A DNA stretch of 30,441 nt from a virus (IMGVR_UViG_3300048599_000542:1-30441), one strand, 5' to 3'; numbered from the stretch's first letter, positions 9,119 through 18,011 are shown. Notes: generated by a model not told the origin, from the letters alone. Made by a program: numbers and translations.

Positions 9119-9672
9119 GGTTGTGGCTTGCCCGACAGGTCTGTGCCGGATTTGACGCCCGCGTGCGAGTGGTTCTTAAGACTGATACCCGCGGCTGTTA
9201 CATCGCCATCGGCGGCGACATTGCCAGAGGTTCTGATGTTTCCGGTGATTTCTATATCGCCGGTGATCTTGACCCCGCCATGGGCAACAAGATTGACCGT
9301 TCCCCCGCTCGGCAACGTGGCGGTGAGGGCGTGGGATGCGATGTTGTAGGCGAGGCGCGCGCCATCCGAAAACGTCAGCGAGTGCGTCTTCGGATCGTTT
9401 TCTGGCTGGGGATGTGCCGAGCAGTATAGGCCGAGAAGCACAATGCCGGATTCGGTATCGCCTTCTGGGCAAATCAGAAGGCATTGTTCGCCTTCGCTCG
9501 GCGCCGACCAGCTCCGCACGTCTCCAGCGCGCCCAGCAATCCAAGGCAGCGGCGGCGTGGTGAGGTCGCCGGTCTCGACAACGCAGGTGCCCGATGCGGC
9601 ATCGACCGCCTTAATGCGGGCGAACCGCAGGATATCTCCGGCAGTTTGTGCGAGGTTGAGGTGCGCGTCCAT
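9115..9672 (-). CDS. gpV: Baseplate spike protein V
   Basis: WSAPSEGEQ motif and C-terminal SLKNHSH (HxH metal-binding tip). Confidence 0.93.
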   Translation of the reverse strand: MDAHLNLAQTAGDILRFARIKAVDAASGTCVVETGDLTTPPLPWIAGRAGDVRSWSAPSEGEQCLLICPEGDTESGIVLLGLYCSAHPQPENDPKTHSLTFSDGARLAYNIASHALTATLPSGGTVNLVAHGGVKITGDIEITGNIRTSGNVAADGDVTAAGISLKNHSHAGVKSGTDLSGKPQP

Positions 9673-9713
9673 GGATTGGACAATGACGCGCGCCTTTGTT
9701 GATTGCGCTCTTT

Positions 9714-9744
9714 CCCACTTGGAGAGAGCGCCTCTCCAAGTGGG
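9714..9744 (-). promoter_or_regulatory. Late-promoter palindrome upstream of gpV (putative Ogr site)
   Basis: CCCACTTGGAGAG-AGCGC-CTCTCCAAGTGGG; core repeated at 13721 and 20009. Confidence 0.8.
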
Positions 9745-10005
9745 TTAGGTTGCGGGTGTTTCGGACGGTTCGGTGATGGGAGGGTTTAGGCTTTCGGGGG
9801 TGATGTTCGAAATCGCACCGACCGCGATCTTGTTCGCAACGCCCAACGAAACCGCGTCCACTCGGGCTTTGGTTGCGTCGGCGTCATAGGCTCCCGTTTC
9901 GTCAAGGCAGGCATTGACGGCGCGGGCATGCGTCACCCCAGCATGCACAAACGTGACCTGCACCGAGTGGGCTTTGCTATCGTATGCACCAATGGAAATT
10001 TCCAT
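9745..10005 (-). CDS. Small hypothetical protein after the tail fibre (possible fibre assembly factor)
   Basis: 86 aa, strong GGAGG RBS, occupies the position of P2 gene G. Confidence 0.65.
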   Translation of the reverse strand: MEISIGAYDSKAHSVQVTFVHAGVTHARAVNACLDETGAYDADATKARVDAVSLGVANKIAVGAISNITPESLNPPITEPSETPAT

Positions 10006-10016
10006 GAACCTGCCTC

Positions 10017-12233
10017 CTAAGCAGCCTGTACGACCGTGAGCGTCCCGCCGCTAATAGTCAGATCCGCTGATGCGGTATATTTCACGGCAAAGGTGTGAAA
10101 GTCGACCGAAAGACCGGTCACAACAATTGAGATTGTGGCAGGGCAAACAACTGCATCTGCGGAGGAGAGCGCGCCAATAGAAGTCCACGCGGCAGGAATG
10201 GCGGCACCGTCTACATACAGTTGGGCATAGAATGGTCCTTGGCCCGTCTGCCAAACGCCGTTGAACATGACAAGAGCCTTACCTGACGAAATCGTACGCG
10301 TGTAGTCCCCGCTCCATGGCGTCGTTGCTTCAGGATGTGTGGTGGCATTCGGCATCCACGAACTTGCGGTTGGTACAAACTCCGACAAGTGCCTGCCGTC
10401 GAGCGTATCGGCATCAAGTGCAGAGCCGGAACCATCATTGCCTGCGTGCCAAACGCGATTTCCGCTATCATACAGTGCACCTGCATAAAGCGGCTTACTT
10501 CCGTTCGTGCCGGGCCCGACCCTCACCCCACTTCCGCGGTAATTGACTAGCCCGAGAGGGGCCGCGTCGACGCCACTTTCGACGGTATCAAAAAAGCCAC
10601 TCCCATCGATTAGGCCGAATGAAGTGTTGCCATTGATGTAGAGATTTGCGCCTAGTGCCAGAGTGGATGGCAGATCTGTGCGGACGAAGGAGCCTGTGCC
10701 AAGCCCGTGGAACAGATCTGCATCCAAACCTGAACCCGCGCCATCATTCCCGGCATGCCAGATCTGGTTTCCGCCAACTGTGAACAGCCCTGACGGATAG
10801 AACGAGAGATAGGCATTCGTACCGCCAGTACCGGCACGAAGGCCAACAGCCCCAGAACCCACGTCATACAAGAATTGGTTGCCGCTACCGAACGCATAGC
10901 TGTGGGCGGTAACCATTCCTCCGACGTTGAGCGGCCCAAGCATGGCGTCGCCAGATTTGTTGACTGGGATGTAGCCAAGCCGTTCGACGATGTTAGTGAA
11001 ATACGAGGACTCTCTTCCGTCGAAGAGATCGGCATCAAGGCCGGAGCCGGCACCATCGTTTCCGGCATGCCAGATAACGCTGCCGTTAATCGCTAATAGG
11101 CCGGATGGACTGAACGAGAGATAAGCGTTGGAGGTGCCCATACCCGCGCGGATGCCGACACTGCCACTGCCCGCGTCGTAGATAAACTGGTTTCCAGAGC
11201 CAAGGGCGAGACCACTTGCGTTGAGTGTGCCTTCCACACCAACCGTACCGGCAAAGTTAGCTCCACCATTGAACGTCACACCGAGATCGGCGGAATGGGT
11301 ATAAAAATGCGCGTTAGCTGCACTGCTCGCACGTCCACCGCCACCAAAACATAAATAGCCGTCAGCCGTCGTTGCCCACAGAAAGTTTGCGGAACCACGC
11401 GAAAATTGGATCGCGGAGCCGGTTAGCGTTACGCGATCGCCCGAAGAGACGGTTAGGTGATCGTTGATAGTGTCGCCAGCTTTGTTGAGCGGGGTGTAAC
11501 CTAGCCGCGCCGGAACGTTGGCATAATACGAGCCCTCTTGGCCATCGAGAAGATCCGCGTCGAGGCCCTTTCCATCGCCTTCGTCCTTGAGGGCGGCGGA
11601 TTTTATCCCAAGGGCGGCGCGCATCGCTGCCGCATTGATGGCCGTCAGAATGCCTTTCACAAAATCCGACGGTGCGCCGTTACCGAAGCGGGTATTAATC
11701 CAGTTGGTGACGGCCGATAGCATGGCCTTCGGCGTCACGGCACGGGTCGTATCCGTTCCCGTGGTTGCTTCGCCCTCCGTTGCCAACTCGACCACGCCGT
11801 CGCGCTCGGTAGTCGCCGGCGGGTTCAAAAAGTTGGTGTTGCCGAACGCGATCTGTTTGGTGTCGCTTGCAGTGAACGTGATGTCAATCGCGAGCAAGAG
11901 CATGGATGCCCCGGCTTTCTCCATGATGAGAGCCGGGGCGTTACCGTAAATGCCGAACAGTGTTCCATCACTGAGATAGAGCGCGAAGCCGCGAAGCTCG
12001 TAGGCGTCAATGCTGTCGTCGCGAATTGTAATGTGGACCGTATAGGCGTCCGACGCCTCGCCGGAAAACGTCGTCAGCCGTTTGATTTCTCCGGGAAGCA
12101 CCAGGGCATCCGGCGATGCGGTAAAGTTCGCCGCCGTCACGCCGACTTCAGCGATTGTGACCGGGTTCGTCCCGCGCGCGGCAACAAGGGCCGCGCGGCC
12201 GCGATCGGTGATGGTAATGGCGATGCCGGACAT
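10017..12233 (-). CDS. gpH: Tail fibre protein with internal repeats
   Basis: N-terminal ITDRGRAAL baseplate-anchor region, NPPATTERDGVVELAT repeat, repeated WHAGNDGxGSxLDAD motifs, Gly/Ser/Thr-rich. Confidence 0.9.
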   Translation of the reverse strand: MSGIAITITDRGRAALVAARGTNPVTIAEVGVTAANFTASPDALVLPGEIKRLTTFSGEASDAYTVHITIRDDSIDAYELRGFALYLSDGTLFGIYGNAPALIMEKAGASMLLLAIDITFTASDTKQIAFGNTNFLNPPATTERDGVVELATEGEATTGTDTTRAVTPKAMLSAVTNWINTRFGNGAPSDFVKGILTAINAAAMRAALGIKSAALKDEGDGKGLDADLLDGQEGSYYANVPARLGYTPLNKAGDTINDHLTVSSGDRVTLTGSAIQFSRGSANFLWATTADGYLCFGGGGRASSAANAHFYTHSADLGVTFNGGANFAGTVGVEGTLNASGLALGSGNQFIYDAGSGSVGIRAGMGTSNAYLSFSPSGLLAINGSVIWHAGNDGAGSGLDADLFDGRESSYFTNIVERLGYIPVNKSGDAMLGPLNVGGMVTAHSYAFGSGNQFLYDVGSGAVGLRAGTGGTNAYLSFYPSGLFTVGGNQIWHAGNDGAGSGLDADLFHGLGTGSFVRTDLPSTLALGANLYINGNTSFGLIDGSGFFDTVESGVDAAPLGLVNYRGSGVRVGPGTNGSKPLYAGALYDSGNRVWHAGNDGSGSALDADTLDGRHLSEFVPTASSWMPNATTHPEATTPWSGDYTRTISSGKALVMFNGVWQTGQGPFYAQLYVDGAAIPAAWTSIGALSSADAVVCPATISIVVTGLSVDFHTFAVKYTASADLTISGGTLTVVQAA

Positions 12234-12244
12234 GGGGTGTTTCC

Positions 12245-12787
12245 TTAGGCGTCGAAGTGGAGGCGGGAATAGGCGACGGGCCGTGCCTGCGCCGCGATGG
12301 CGACAGAGGCGTCAGCGCTAAGGCCTTGGGTGAATGTGAAGTGTGAGCGGACGGGTTTGGTGCGCGAAACCTCGCCGATAACGCTGTTGATGAACGCAGC
12401 CGTTGCAGGCAGGCCGTTCATGCTGTTCAGCGTGATTACGATGTCGAACGTGTAGGGTTCGCCGCTGCCGCCGGGTTGCCACCATTCCCGCATGACAACG
12501 GCGCCGCCGAAGCTTTCGACGACGGCCCGGACGGAGGCGGCAGTGCCTTTGCCGCGCGCTATCTCGATCGCACGTCGCACACGCGCGCGCTTTACGTAGA
12601 GCGGCCAATCCGGAGCCCAGGAATCGAGCGACAGCGTCCACGCGAGCCACGGGAGCAGCGCTTCCGGGCAATCGTCCGGCGACCACAGGACGCGCAGGTC
12701 GGTGAAAATCGTGTCGAGGCGCTTGGTGGCCCGCTCGATGGCAAGTTCTAGCGTGGTTGCGTTCGGCGGCAGAAGGCTGTCGCTCAT
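12245..12787 (-). CDS. gpI: Tail/baseplate protein I
   Basis: SLLPPNAT...CPEALLPWLAWTLSLDSW...KGT...EWWQ. Confidence 0.93.
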   Translation of the reverse strand: MSDSLLPPNATTLELAIERATKRLDTIFTDLRVLWSPDDCPEALLPWLAWTLSLDSWAPDWPLYVKRARVRRAIEIARGKGTAASVRAVVESFGGAVVMREWWQPGGSGEPYTFDIVITLNSMNGLPATAAFINSVIGEVSRTKPVRSHFTFTQGLSADASVAIAAQARPVAYSRLHFDA

Positions 12788-13677
12788 TCGCCGATACCGT
12801 CATAGGAAAGAGCCACGCTCTGGCAATAAGGCGCCTGACTTCGATCGCAGACGATGTCGGCCTTCGGCTCGATGAGGGCGACGCGCTGCACGCCCTCGAC
12901 ATGCAAAGCCGCGTAGATGCCCGAGAGGGTAACGTCGCGCCCGAGCCGCATGCTGGCGGCGGTGTAGGCATCGATTTTTTTCTGGGCTTCGGCCAAGACG
13001 ACGGCGCTGTCGGGTCCGGCAAAGGTCGAAATGGCCGCCTTGATCGTGTAGGTGACGATTTCGGCGGGAGCGACCGTGACGTGATCGGTCAAAGGGCGCC
13101 GCGTGTCGGCCGAGAGATAGCTCTCTACGGTGCTGCACAGTTGCGCTGTCGCCTGCTGGCCGGTTCGCGTCAGGATGTAGACAGTAACCGTGCCGGGTGT
13201 GGGGCTGACCGCCGATGCGTCGACCACATCGGCTGCGGCTGAAATGGCGTGGAAGACGTACGCACCTTCCGGCCCGGCGACGGAGTATCCTTCCGGTGCC
13301 AAGACGAGGCGTCGGCGAAATTCTTCGTCGCTCTCGTAGGTCGGGGCTATGCCTTGTTCGGAATTGCCCGGATCGAGCAAGAGGCGGGCAACGCCCAGGA
13401 TTGCCGCTAAGTGGTCGAGGTCAGAACCTCTCGCGAAGGCTGGCATGACCGCGCGGGCAGCATCATTGATGCGCTGACGCAGGATCACTTCGCGATAGGC
13501 GAAGACCTGCAGCAGCTTCGTCACAGGATCACTTTCGAGCGGCGAAAAGTCGGGCATGACGCCGCGTGCCATAACTACGAGTTCTCCGAGGATGGTTTCG
13601 TAGTCGATCGTTTCGACGACGCCCGGTGCGGGCAGTTTCGATAAATCGACGGCGGTATAGGTGGCGGTGCTGACCAT
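12784..13677 (-). CDS. gpJ: Baseplate protein J
   Basis: DLSKLPAPGVVE, LESDPVTKLL, SVAGPEGAYVFHA, RPLTDHV. Confidence 0.94.
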   Translation of the reverse strand: MVSTATYTAVDLSKLPAPGVVETIDYETILGELVVMARGVMPDFSPLESDPVTKLLQVFAYREVILRQRINDAARAVMPAFARGSDLDHLAAILGVARLLLDPGNSEQGIAPTYESDEEFRRRLVLAPEGYSVAGPEGAYVFHAISAAADVVDASAVSPTPGTVTVYILTRTGQQATAQLCSTVESYLSADTRRPLTDHVTVAPAEIVTYTIKAAISTFAGPDSAVVLAEAQKKIDAYTAASMRLGRDVTLSGIYAALHVEGVQRVALIEPKADIVCDRSQAPYCQSVALSYDGIGE

Positions 13678-13719
13678 GCGCCCTATGTCGGCGGCAGGTC
13701 GGTCCGCTTGCTACAGCGT

Positions 13720-13748
13720 GCATTTGGAGAGGCGCACTCTCCAAGTGC
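13720..13748 (-). promoter_or_regulatory. Late-promoter palindrome upstream of gpJ (putative Ogr site)
   Basis: GCATTTGGAGAG-GCGCA-CTCTCCAAGTGC. Confidence 0.8.
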
Positions 13749-13750
13749 CG

Positions 13751-14422
13751 TCAGGCGACGGCCTCGAAATGGGCCAAGAAGGCATCGAGTAGGGCGGTGC
13801 GATCGGCGGCGCTGAAGCCGAGGAGTTCGCGGGCCGGGTAGGCAATCGGCTTGGCTTTGCGCGACGGGCGGTCGCGAAGGCCTTCTTGGTGGATGCGGGC
13901 AATCTCGGCGGCACGCCCGGAAAATCCCACCCAGAATTGTAGATCGTCATTACCGGCGCGCAAAAAGCGGGATGATGCTAAGCGGCGGAACATCGCCTTT
14001 CGGCGAAGACTGCCGCCTCTGCGAAGCTTGCCCGCGCTCGCATTGCGGTACTGCGGCTCCACGGGAAGCCACCTAATCACCTTGTCGAAAAAGAAACTGC
14101 GAACGCCCTCGGCCTCAATGTCCCAGCCGGTCATCATGCGATTGGCGATGGTGTAGCTTTTGAGGATGACTTTGCGCGCTCCACCGGAACCACCGGAGGG
14201 GTAGAGAAACGATACGGCGTAGCGGCCCGGCGCCGGAGGCACTTTCTCTTTGCGCGGCGTGAAGCCGTTTCCATCCGGCGCAAGTTGGTGCGCAATGCGC
14301 GAGCGTTGGCTGTTGGCGATGTCGCGCGATATGCGCCGAAGCAGGGCGCGCCGCTTGGCCGGTGCGAGCTGCAGCAGAAGGGCACCCGCGGTGCGCTCGA
14401 TCTGCTCGATATCGTCGGTCAT
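13751..14422 (-). CDS. gpS: Virion morphogenesis / tail completion protein S with an internal insertion
   Basis: RIAHQLAPDGNGFTPRK, MFRRL, IARIHQEG, YPARELLGFS; start refined to ATG 14422. Confidence 0.9.
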   Translation of the reverse strand: MTDDIEQIERTAGALLLQLAPAKRRALLRRISRDIANSQRSRIAHQLAPDGNGFTPRKEKVPPAPGRYAVSFLYPSGGSGGARKVILKSYTIANRMMTGWDIEAEGVRSFFFDKVIRWLPVEPQYRNASAGKLRRGGSLRRKAMFRRLASSRFLRAGNDDLQFWVGFSGRAAEIARIHQEGLRDRPSRKAKPIAYPARELLGFSAADRTALLDAFLAHFEAVA

Positions 14423-14946
14423 GGCCCGGCCTCGGGCGGGACGCCGGGAATGAGAACGGCGGCGGGGTCTTTGGTCTCGGCGACCAGATCCGACCACGCG
14501 TAGCCTTGGCGCATCAAGGCATCAAGCCCAGGAACCAACTCACGGGGAAAGGGCTGCGGCGCCGGATGCGAAACATCAAACCCGCTACCATCCGTGCGGC
14601 GCGTGACTAGGACGGGCTCGGTGACTTCCACGGTGAATTCGATGTCGGCGCAATTGCTGTCGAGGATTTCGGCCTGGAACTGGAACGCGTCGGCTTCGGC
14701 ACGCTGCAAGAGGTCGGGCTGCTCGCGCTCGATCCAGGCCAGCATGGGAACAACGATCTCGTCGGCATCGCCGGGGTAATCACAAATCAGGACCGTGAGC
14801 GTGAAGCGATACTCGAACGACATGCTTTTTCCCGCACGGGAGCAAATCGTGCCCTTGTCGAGATAGATCTGCAGCTTGTCGGGCGCGGCAGCCAGAAAAG
14901 GAACGCAAGACGTAAGCCACGCGCGAAGGTCATTTGTTTTGCGCAT
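14419..14946 (-). CDS. gpR: Tail completion protein R
   Basis: MRKTNDLR...SFEYRFTL...LAWIEREQPDLL; start refined to ATG 14946. Confidence 0.9.
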   Translation of the reverse strand: MRKTNDLRAWLTSCVPFLAAAPDKLQIYLDKGTICSRAGKSMSFEYRFTLTVLICDYPGDADEIVVPMLAWIEREQPDLLQRAEADAFQFQAEILDSNCADIEFTVEVTEPVLVTRRTDGSGFDVSHPAPQPFPRELVPGLDALMRQGYAWSDLVAETKDPAAVLIPGVPPEAGP

Positions 14947-15259
14947 TGGGCGTTCCGCAAGGCTGCCCGCCATTCCAGGTGGCAAGGCGATCGAACCGAC
15001 CTCTTAGCTCGCCGTACGCCTTGGCAAGGCGCATAGCGCCATCACGAACCGGCGCGGGCATCACAGCCCAGGTGTCGGCCGGGAAGCCTTCGGGGGCATC
15101 CGGACAGACCAGAAGGTCGGCCGGTGGCGTCGACTTGACCGCGACGGCAACCGTTTGGGTCAGAGGTTCAGCGGGTGGCCGGTTCGCGCAAGCCCCCAAG
15201 GCGATTGAGAGCGAGAAACCAGTCGCCGCCGACACGATCCGTCTTGTCGATTTTTGCAT
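14930..15259 (-). CDS. Putative o-spanin (Rz1/LysC-like lipoprotein)
   Basis: Signal peptide with LGAC lipobox, Pro-rich, PPADLLVCP; overlaps the end of the upstream membrane protein in another frame. Confidence 0.7.
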   Translation of the reverse strand: MQKSTRRIVSAATGFSLSIALGACANRPPAEPLTQTVAVAVKSTPPADLLVCPDAPEGFPADTWAVMPAPVRDGAMRLAKAYGELRGRFDRLATWNGGQPCGTPNAQNK

Positions 15260-15635
15260 TCTCTTGCTCCATACGCCGCAACGCATCGGCGGTGACTTCC
15301 ATCTGTTTGCGCGCCGTCGTCAGATCGGCAGAGGCTAGGCGCTGTTGTTCGTTCATGGCGTCGGCAAGTACCTTCGCCGAGGCTTCGCTATGGGTGCGAT
15401 TGAGTTCGGCAAGCGCGAGGACGCGTTCGCCACACGCCGCGCCACGGCTAGCGCCAGAGCCGCTAAAGGTGGTTCCGGCCGCAGCACACGTCGTTTTGGC
15501 CCAGGCGGAGAGCGCATCTCGGTCGGCGCTTGCCGTTGCGCCCCACGCATAGAGCGCGGCGCCCGCCGCGATCAGGACATAAATGAGGATGGCCTCACGG
15601 TTGCCCGCCAGCTTAGAAATGAGCGTCAAAATCAC
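15168..15635 (-). CDS. Putative i-spanin (Rz/LysB-like)
   Basis: N-terminal TM segment then Ala-rich coiled coil; GTG at 15635 with GGAGGT RBS; follows endolysin. Confidence 0.7.
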   Translation of the reverse strand: MILTLISKLAGNREAILIYVLIAAGAALYAWGATASADRDALSAWAKTTCAAAGTTFSGSGASRGAACGERVLALAELNRTHSEASAKVLADAMNEQQRLASADLTTARKQMEVTADALRRMEQENAKIDKTDRVGGDWFLALNRLGGLREPATR

Positions 15636-16120
15636 GAGAGTACCTCCGATAGCCAACTCGAAACCTCTGCCGACACCTCGAAGCACGGGCAGGCCTTGAC
15701 CCATTCCGAGGGCTCGATGCGGCCGTTGCCATTGGTATCGGGTGAGAGGTCGCGGTGACCTTTGATCCTGTCCGCACGGATCGCGTAGCGTGTGGCGATG
15801 TCGCGTACGAGGCGGGCAAGCGCTGCCTTCTGAGCGGACGTACGGGTGTCCTTGGGTTTTCCCGCCGCATCAAGTCCGCCGACATAGACGATCCCGATGG
15901 ACGTTGTGTTGTATCCGGCGGCGTTGGCGCCGATCTCGTCTTCGCGTCGGCCGGAGTGAACCGTTCCGTCCGTGTAGATCACGTAATGATAGCCGCAGGG
16001 ACGCGATGCACCGGCGCCGAAGCCGCGCGCGCGGTGATCGCGATCGATGTCAGCAACCGTGTAGGCGCGCCCTTCCTTGGTGGCGGTGCAGTGAATGTTG
16101 ATGCGATCGATGTGGCGCAT
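15632..16120 (-). CDS. Endolysin, N-acetylmuramoyl-L-alanine amidase (T7 lysozyme-like)
   Basis: IHCTAT, GYHYVI, SIGIVYVGG, GHRD, KACPCF Zn-amidase motifs. Confidence 0.93.
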   Translation of the reverse strand: MRHIDRINIHCTATKEGRAYTVADIDRDHRARGFGAGASRPCGYHYVIYTDGTVHSGRREDEIGANAAGYNTTSIGIVYVGGLDAAGKPKDTRTSAQKAALARLVRDIATRYAIRADRIKGHRDLSPDTNGNGRIEPSEWVKACPCFEVSAEVSSWLSEVLS

Positions 16121-16123
16121 GGT

Positions 16124-16447
16124 TTAGCCCTTGTTGCCGAGGAAACGGTCGGCGATACGCGCCGGAATGGTCGCGAGCGTGTCCTTGACCGCACGGATCA
16201 CAACCGGCGTTGCATCAAACGCGACCAGGGCGATGCCGAAGGCGATGCTTTGGGCGGCAAATTCATTCCAGCCGGTCAGGGCGATAATGCCCGCCGTCGC
16301 ATAGTAGGAGACGGTAGAGCCGACGATCCACTGCAGGAAGCGGTGTTTCCAGTTGATGCCGGGTTTCCAGACCTGCGCCACGGCAGAGCCGATGAGGCTC
16401 GGGAACAATGCCGCGATCACGTCGCACGCCACTTCGAGTTTGTGCAT
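16124..16447 (-). CDS. Putative holin
   Basis: ~107 aa with three hydrophobic segments and a basic C-terminus, between gpX and endolysin; alternative in-frame ATG at 16459. Confidence 0.75.
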   Translation of the reverse strand: MHKLEVACDVIAALFPSLIGSAVAQVWKPGINWKHRFLQWIVGSTVSYYATAGIIALTGWNEFAAQSIAFGIALVAFDATPVVIRAVKDTLATIPARIADRFLGNKG

Positions 16448-16449
16448 CT

Positions 16450-16668
16450 TTAGTCCCATAGTTGTACGAGTTTGCGCGTTTGGCTCTGTTCTGCCGGAGT
16501 GTTCGGCACAGTGATCTTGGTTCCCGCGGGAAGGATTGCGCCAAGCGCGGCGACACCGGGGTTAGCCGCCAGCGTCGGGCCGACACCGGCCGGCCCAAGC
16601 CCCGCATCGCGCCACAGGAGCGTGTCGAGCGTGTCGCCTTGCCGAGCGATGAGGGTGAGAGCGGTCAT
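16450..16668 (-). CDS. gpX: Tail protein X
   Basis: ARQGDTLDTLLWR...ANPG...LPAGTKITVP...VQLWD. Confidence 0.93.
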   Translation of the reverse strand: MTALTLIARQGDTLDTLLWRDAGLGPAGVGPTLAANPGVAALGAILPAGTKITVPNTPAEQSQTRKLVQLWD

Positions 16669-17153
16669 CAAATCAGCTCGACGTTAATGCGAAGGACGGC
16701 GAGGATATCGCGAACGGCATAGGTCGCATCGCGCCGGAGCTGATCGGCCGCGCCGTCGAGTTCGTCGACGGCCTTGCCGCCCGCCGCCGTGGTGTCGTAG
16801 TCGCGCAAGCGCTCGATGAGCTCGGCCTTGGCAAACAGAGCGACGGCACGGGTGTAGAGGTGGACGAGGCGCGATTTGCCGTCGATCAGGGGCGCGGGCA
16901 CCGTTTCCAGGCGGGCAAACCCAAGGGAACGCTGCCGTGCCGCCCAGGCGGCGAGGTCGCGCTCTACGGTGATCATGGCGGCAATGGTGGAGGCACGAAG
17001 CCGGTCGTTGTCCACGGCCATGGTGACCCGGCCGGTCGCGCGGATCATTTGAAGATCGATGTCGGGAAAGAAGCCGTCATTGGCAATCGGCGCGACCGGT
17101 GTTGCCGGAGCTTCCGGGTTTGACGGCGACGGAGGAAGGGCAACAAAGGACAT
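16668..17153 (-). CDS. gpL: Head completion/stabilization protein L
   Basis: NDGFFPDIDL...LYTRAV...DYDTT...AVRDIL...VELI; start refined to ATG 17153. Confidence 0.9.
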   Translation of the reverse strand: MSFVALPPSPSNPEAPATPVAPIANDGFFPDIDLQMIRATGRVTMAVDNDRLRASTIAAMITVERDLAAWAARQRSLGFARLETVPAPLIDGKSRLVHLYTRAVALFAKAELIERLRDYDTTAAGGKAVDELDGAADQLRRDATYAVRDILAVLRINVELI

Positions 17154-17165
17154 TGGTGTTCCTAC

Positions 17166-17252
17166 TGCCCCCGGCTCTCGGCGGTGAGGATTGCGGTTGG
17201 CTAGGGCGTAGAGCCCGACAACTCGCGATCCGCCGCCGAGGCGCCGGGGGCA
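17166..17252 (-). other. Long intergenic stem-loop between gpM and gpL
   Basis: Nested pairings TGCCCCCGGC/GCCGGGGGCA, CTCGGCGG/CCGCCGAG, GGAT/ATCC, GTTG/CAAC, GGGC/GCCC. Confidence 0.65.
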
Positions 17253-17265
17253 AGCTCGATCCGGC

Positions 17266-18009
17266 TTAGCCGGTGTTCTTTTCGGCGGCGCGAAGGGCGC
17301 GCTCGATCTTCTCGATGTTCTTCTTGCAGCCGGAATAAGCGTCGTAGCTTTGCGCCCGCTTGAAGGCTTCGAACGCCTGGCGCTGCAGGGCGATCGCATC
17401 GGCGGCGCCGTCTGCCCCTGCCTGCCGGGCAATCTCAAGACCGATCGCCTTTGCGAGTTTGGCGCGGACTTGGTCGGGCATGTCGGCTTCGGCGGTCAAT
17501 TCGGAGGTGGCGTTGAGGATGTCGAGCGCAAAGGCCTCGCCGCTTCCAAGCGCGCGAAGGGCCGCGTCGGCGATTTCCTCGGTCACCGTGGTTGCCGCGT
17601 CCCGGTTATAGCGGGCGGGCATCGGCAGATCGTGGCGCAGCATATGGGCGGCGAGCGTGAGCGCACCGGCATAATCGCCGGTATCGATCCGCCAGACCAT
17701 CATGGTGCCGAAGATGTCGTCGGTGGCAGTATCGCCGCGCTCGGCTTGCTCCAGAATACCGGCGCAGAACGCCTCGTAGGCGGGCAGCATTTCCCGCTTG
17801 GCAGCGATCTTGGACTTGACCGACTTGATGGCGTGAAGGCGCTGCAAATCGGCCTGAAAGCGCATGCGGATCTGCGCGGCAATAATACCGCCAGCGGGAT
17901 CGCTCCCGCTGGCGGCGCTCGCGCCATCACCGGTGACGCCTGAAGCCGCTGCGGTAGCTGCAACGATGCGTCCGGCCATGCGTTCACGGTGACGGCGTGC
18001 AAGACTCAT
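17266..18009 (-). CDS. gpM: Terminase endonuclease/small subunit M
   Basis: MSLARRHR, KREMLPAY, MVWRIDTGDY, DMPDQVRAKLAKA, GCKKNIE. Confidence 0.92.
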   Translation of the reverse strand: MSLARRHRERMAGRIVAATAAASGVTGDGASAASGSDPAGGIIAAQIRMRFQADLQRLHAIKSVKSKIAAKREMLPAYEAFCAGILEQAERGDTATDDIFGTMMVWRIDTGDYAGALTLAAHMLRHDLPMPARYNRDAATTVTEEIADAALRALGSGEAFALDILNATSELTAEADMPDQVRAKLAKAIGLEIARQAGADGAADAIALQRQAFEAFKRAQSYDAYSGCKKNIEKIERALRAAEKNTG

Positions 18010-18011
18010 GA

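Noticed and set aside
10017-12233. Diversity-generating retroelement or invertible tail-fibre system
   Set aside because: Internal repeats differ at all base types, not adenine-specifically; no reverse transcriptase, invertase or inverted fibre segment in the window
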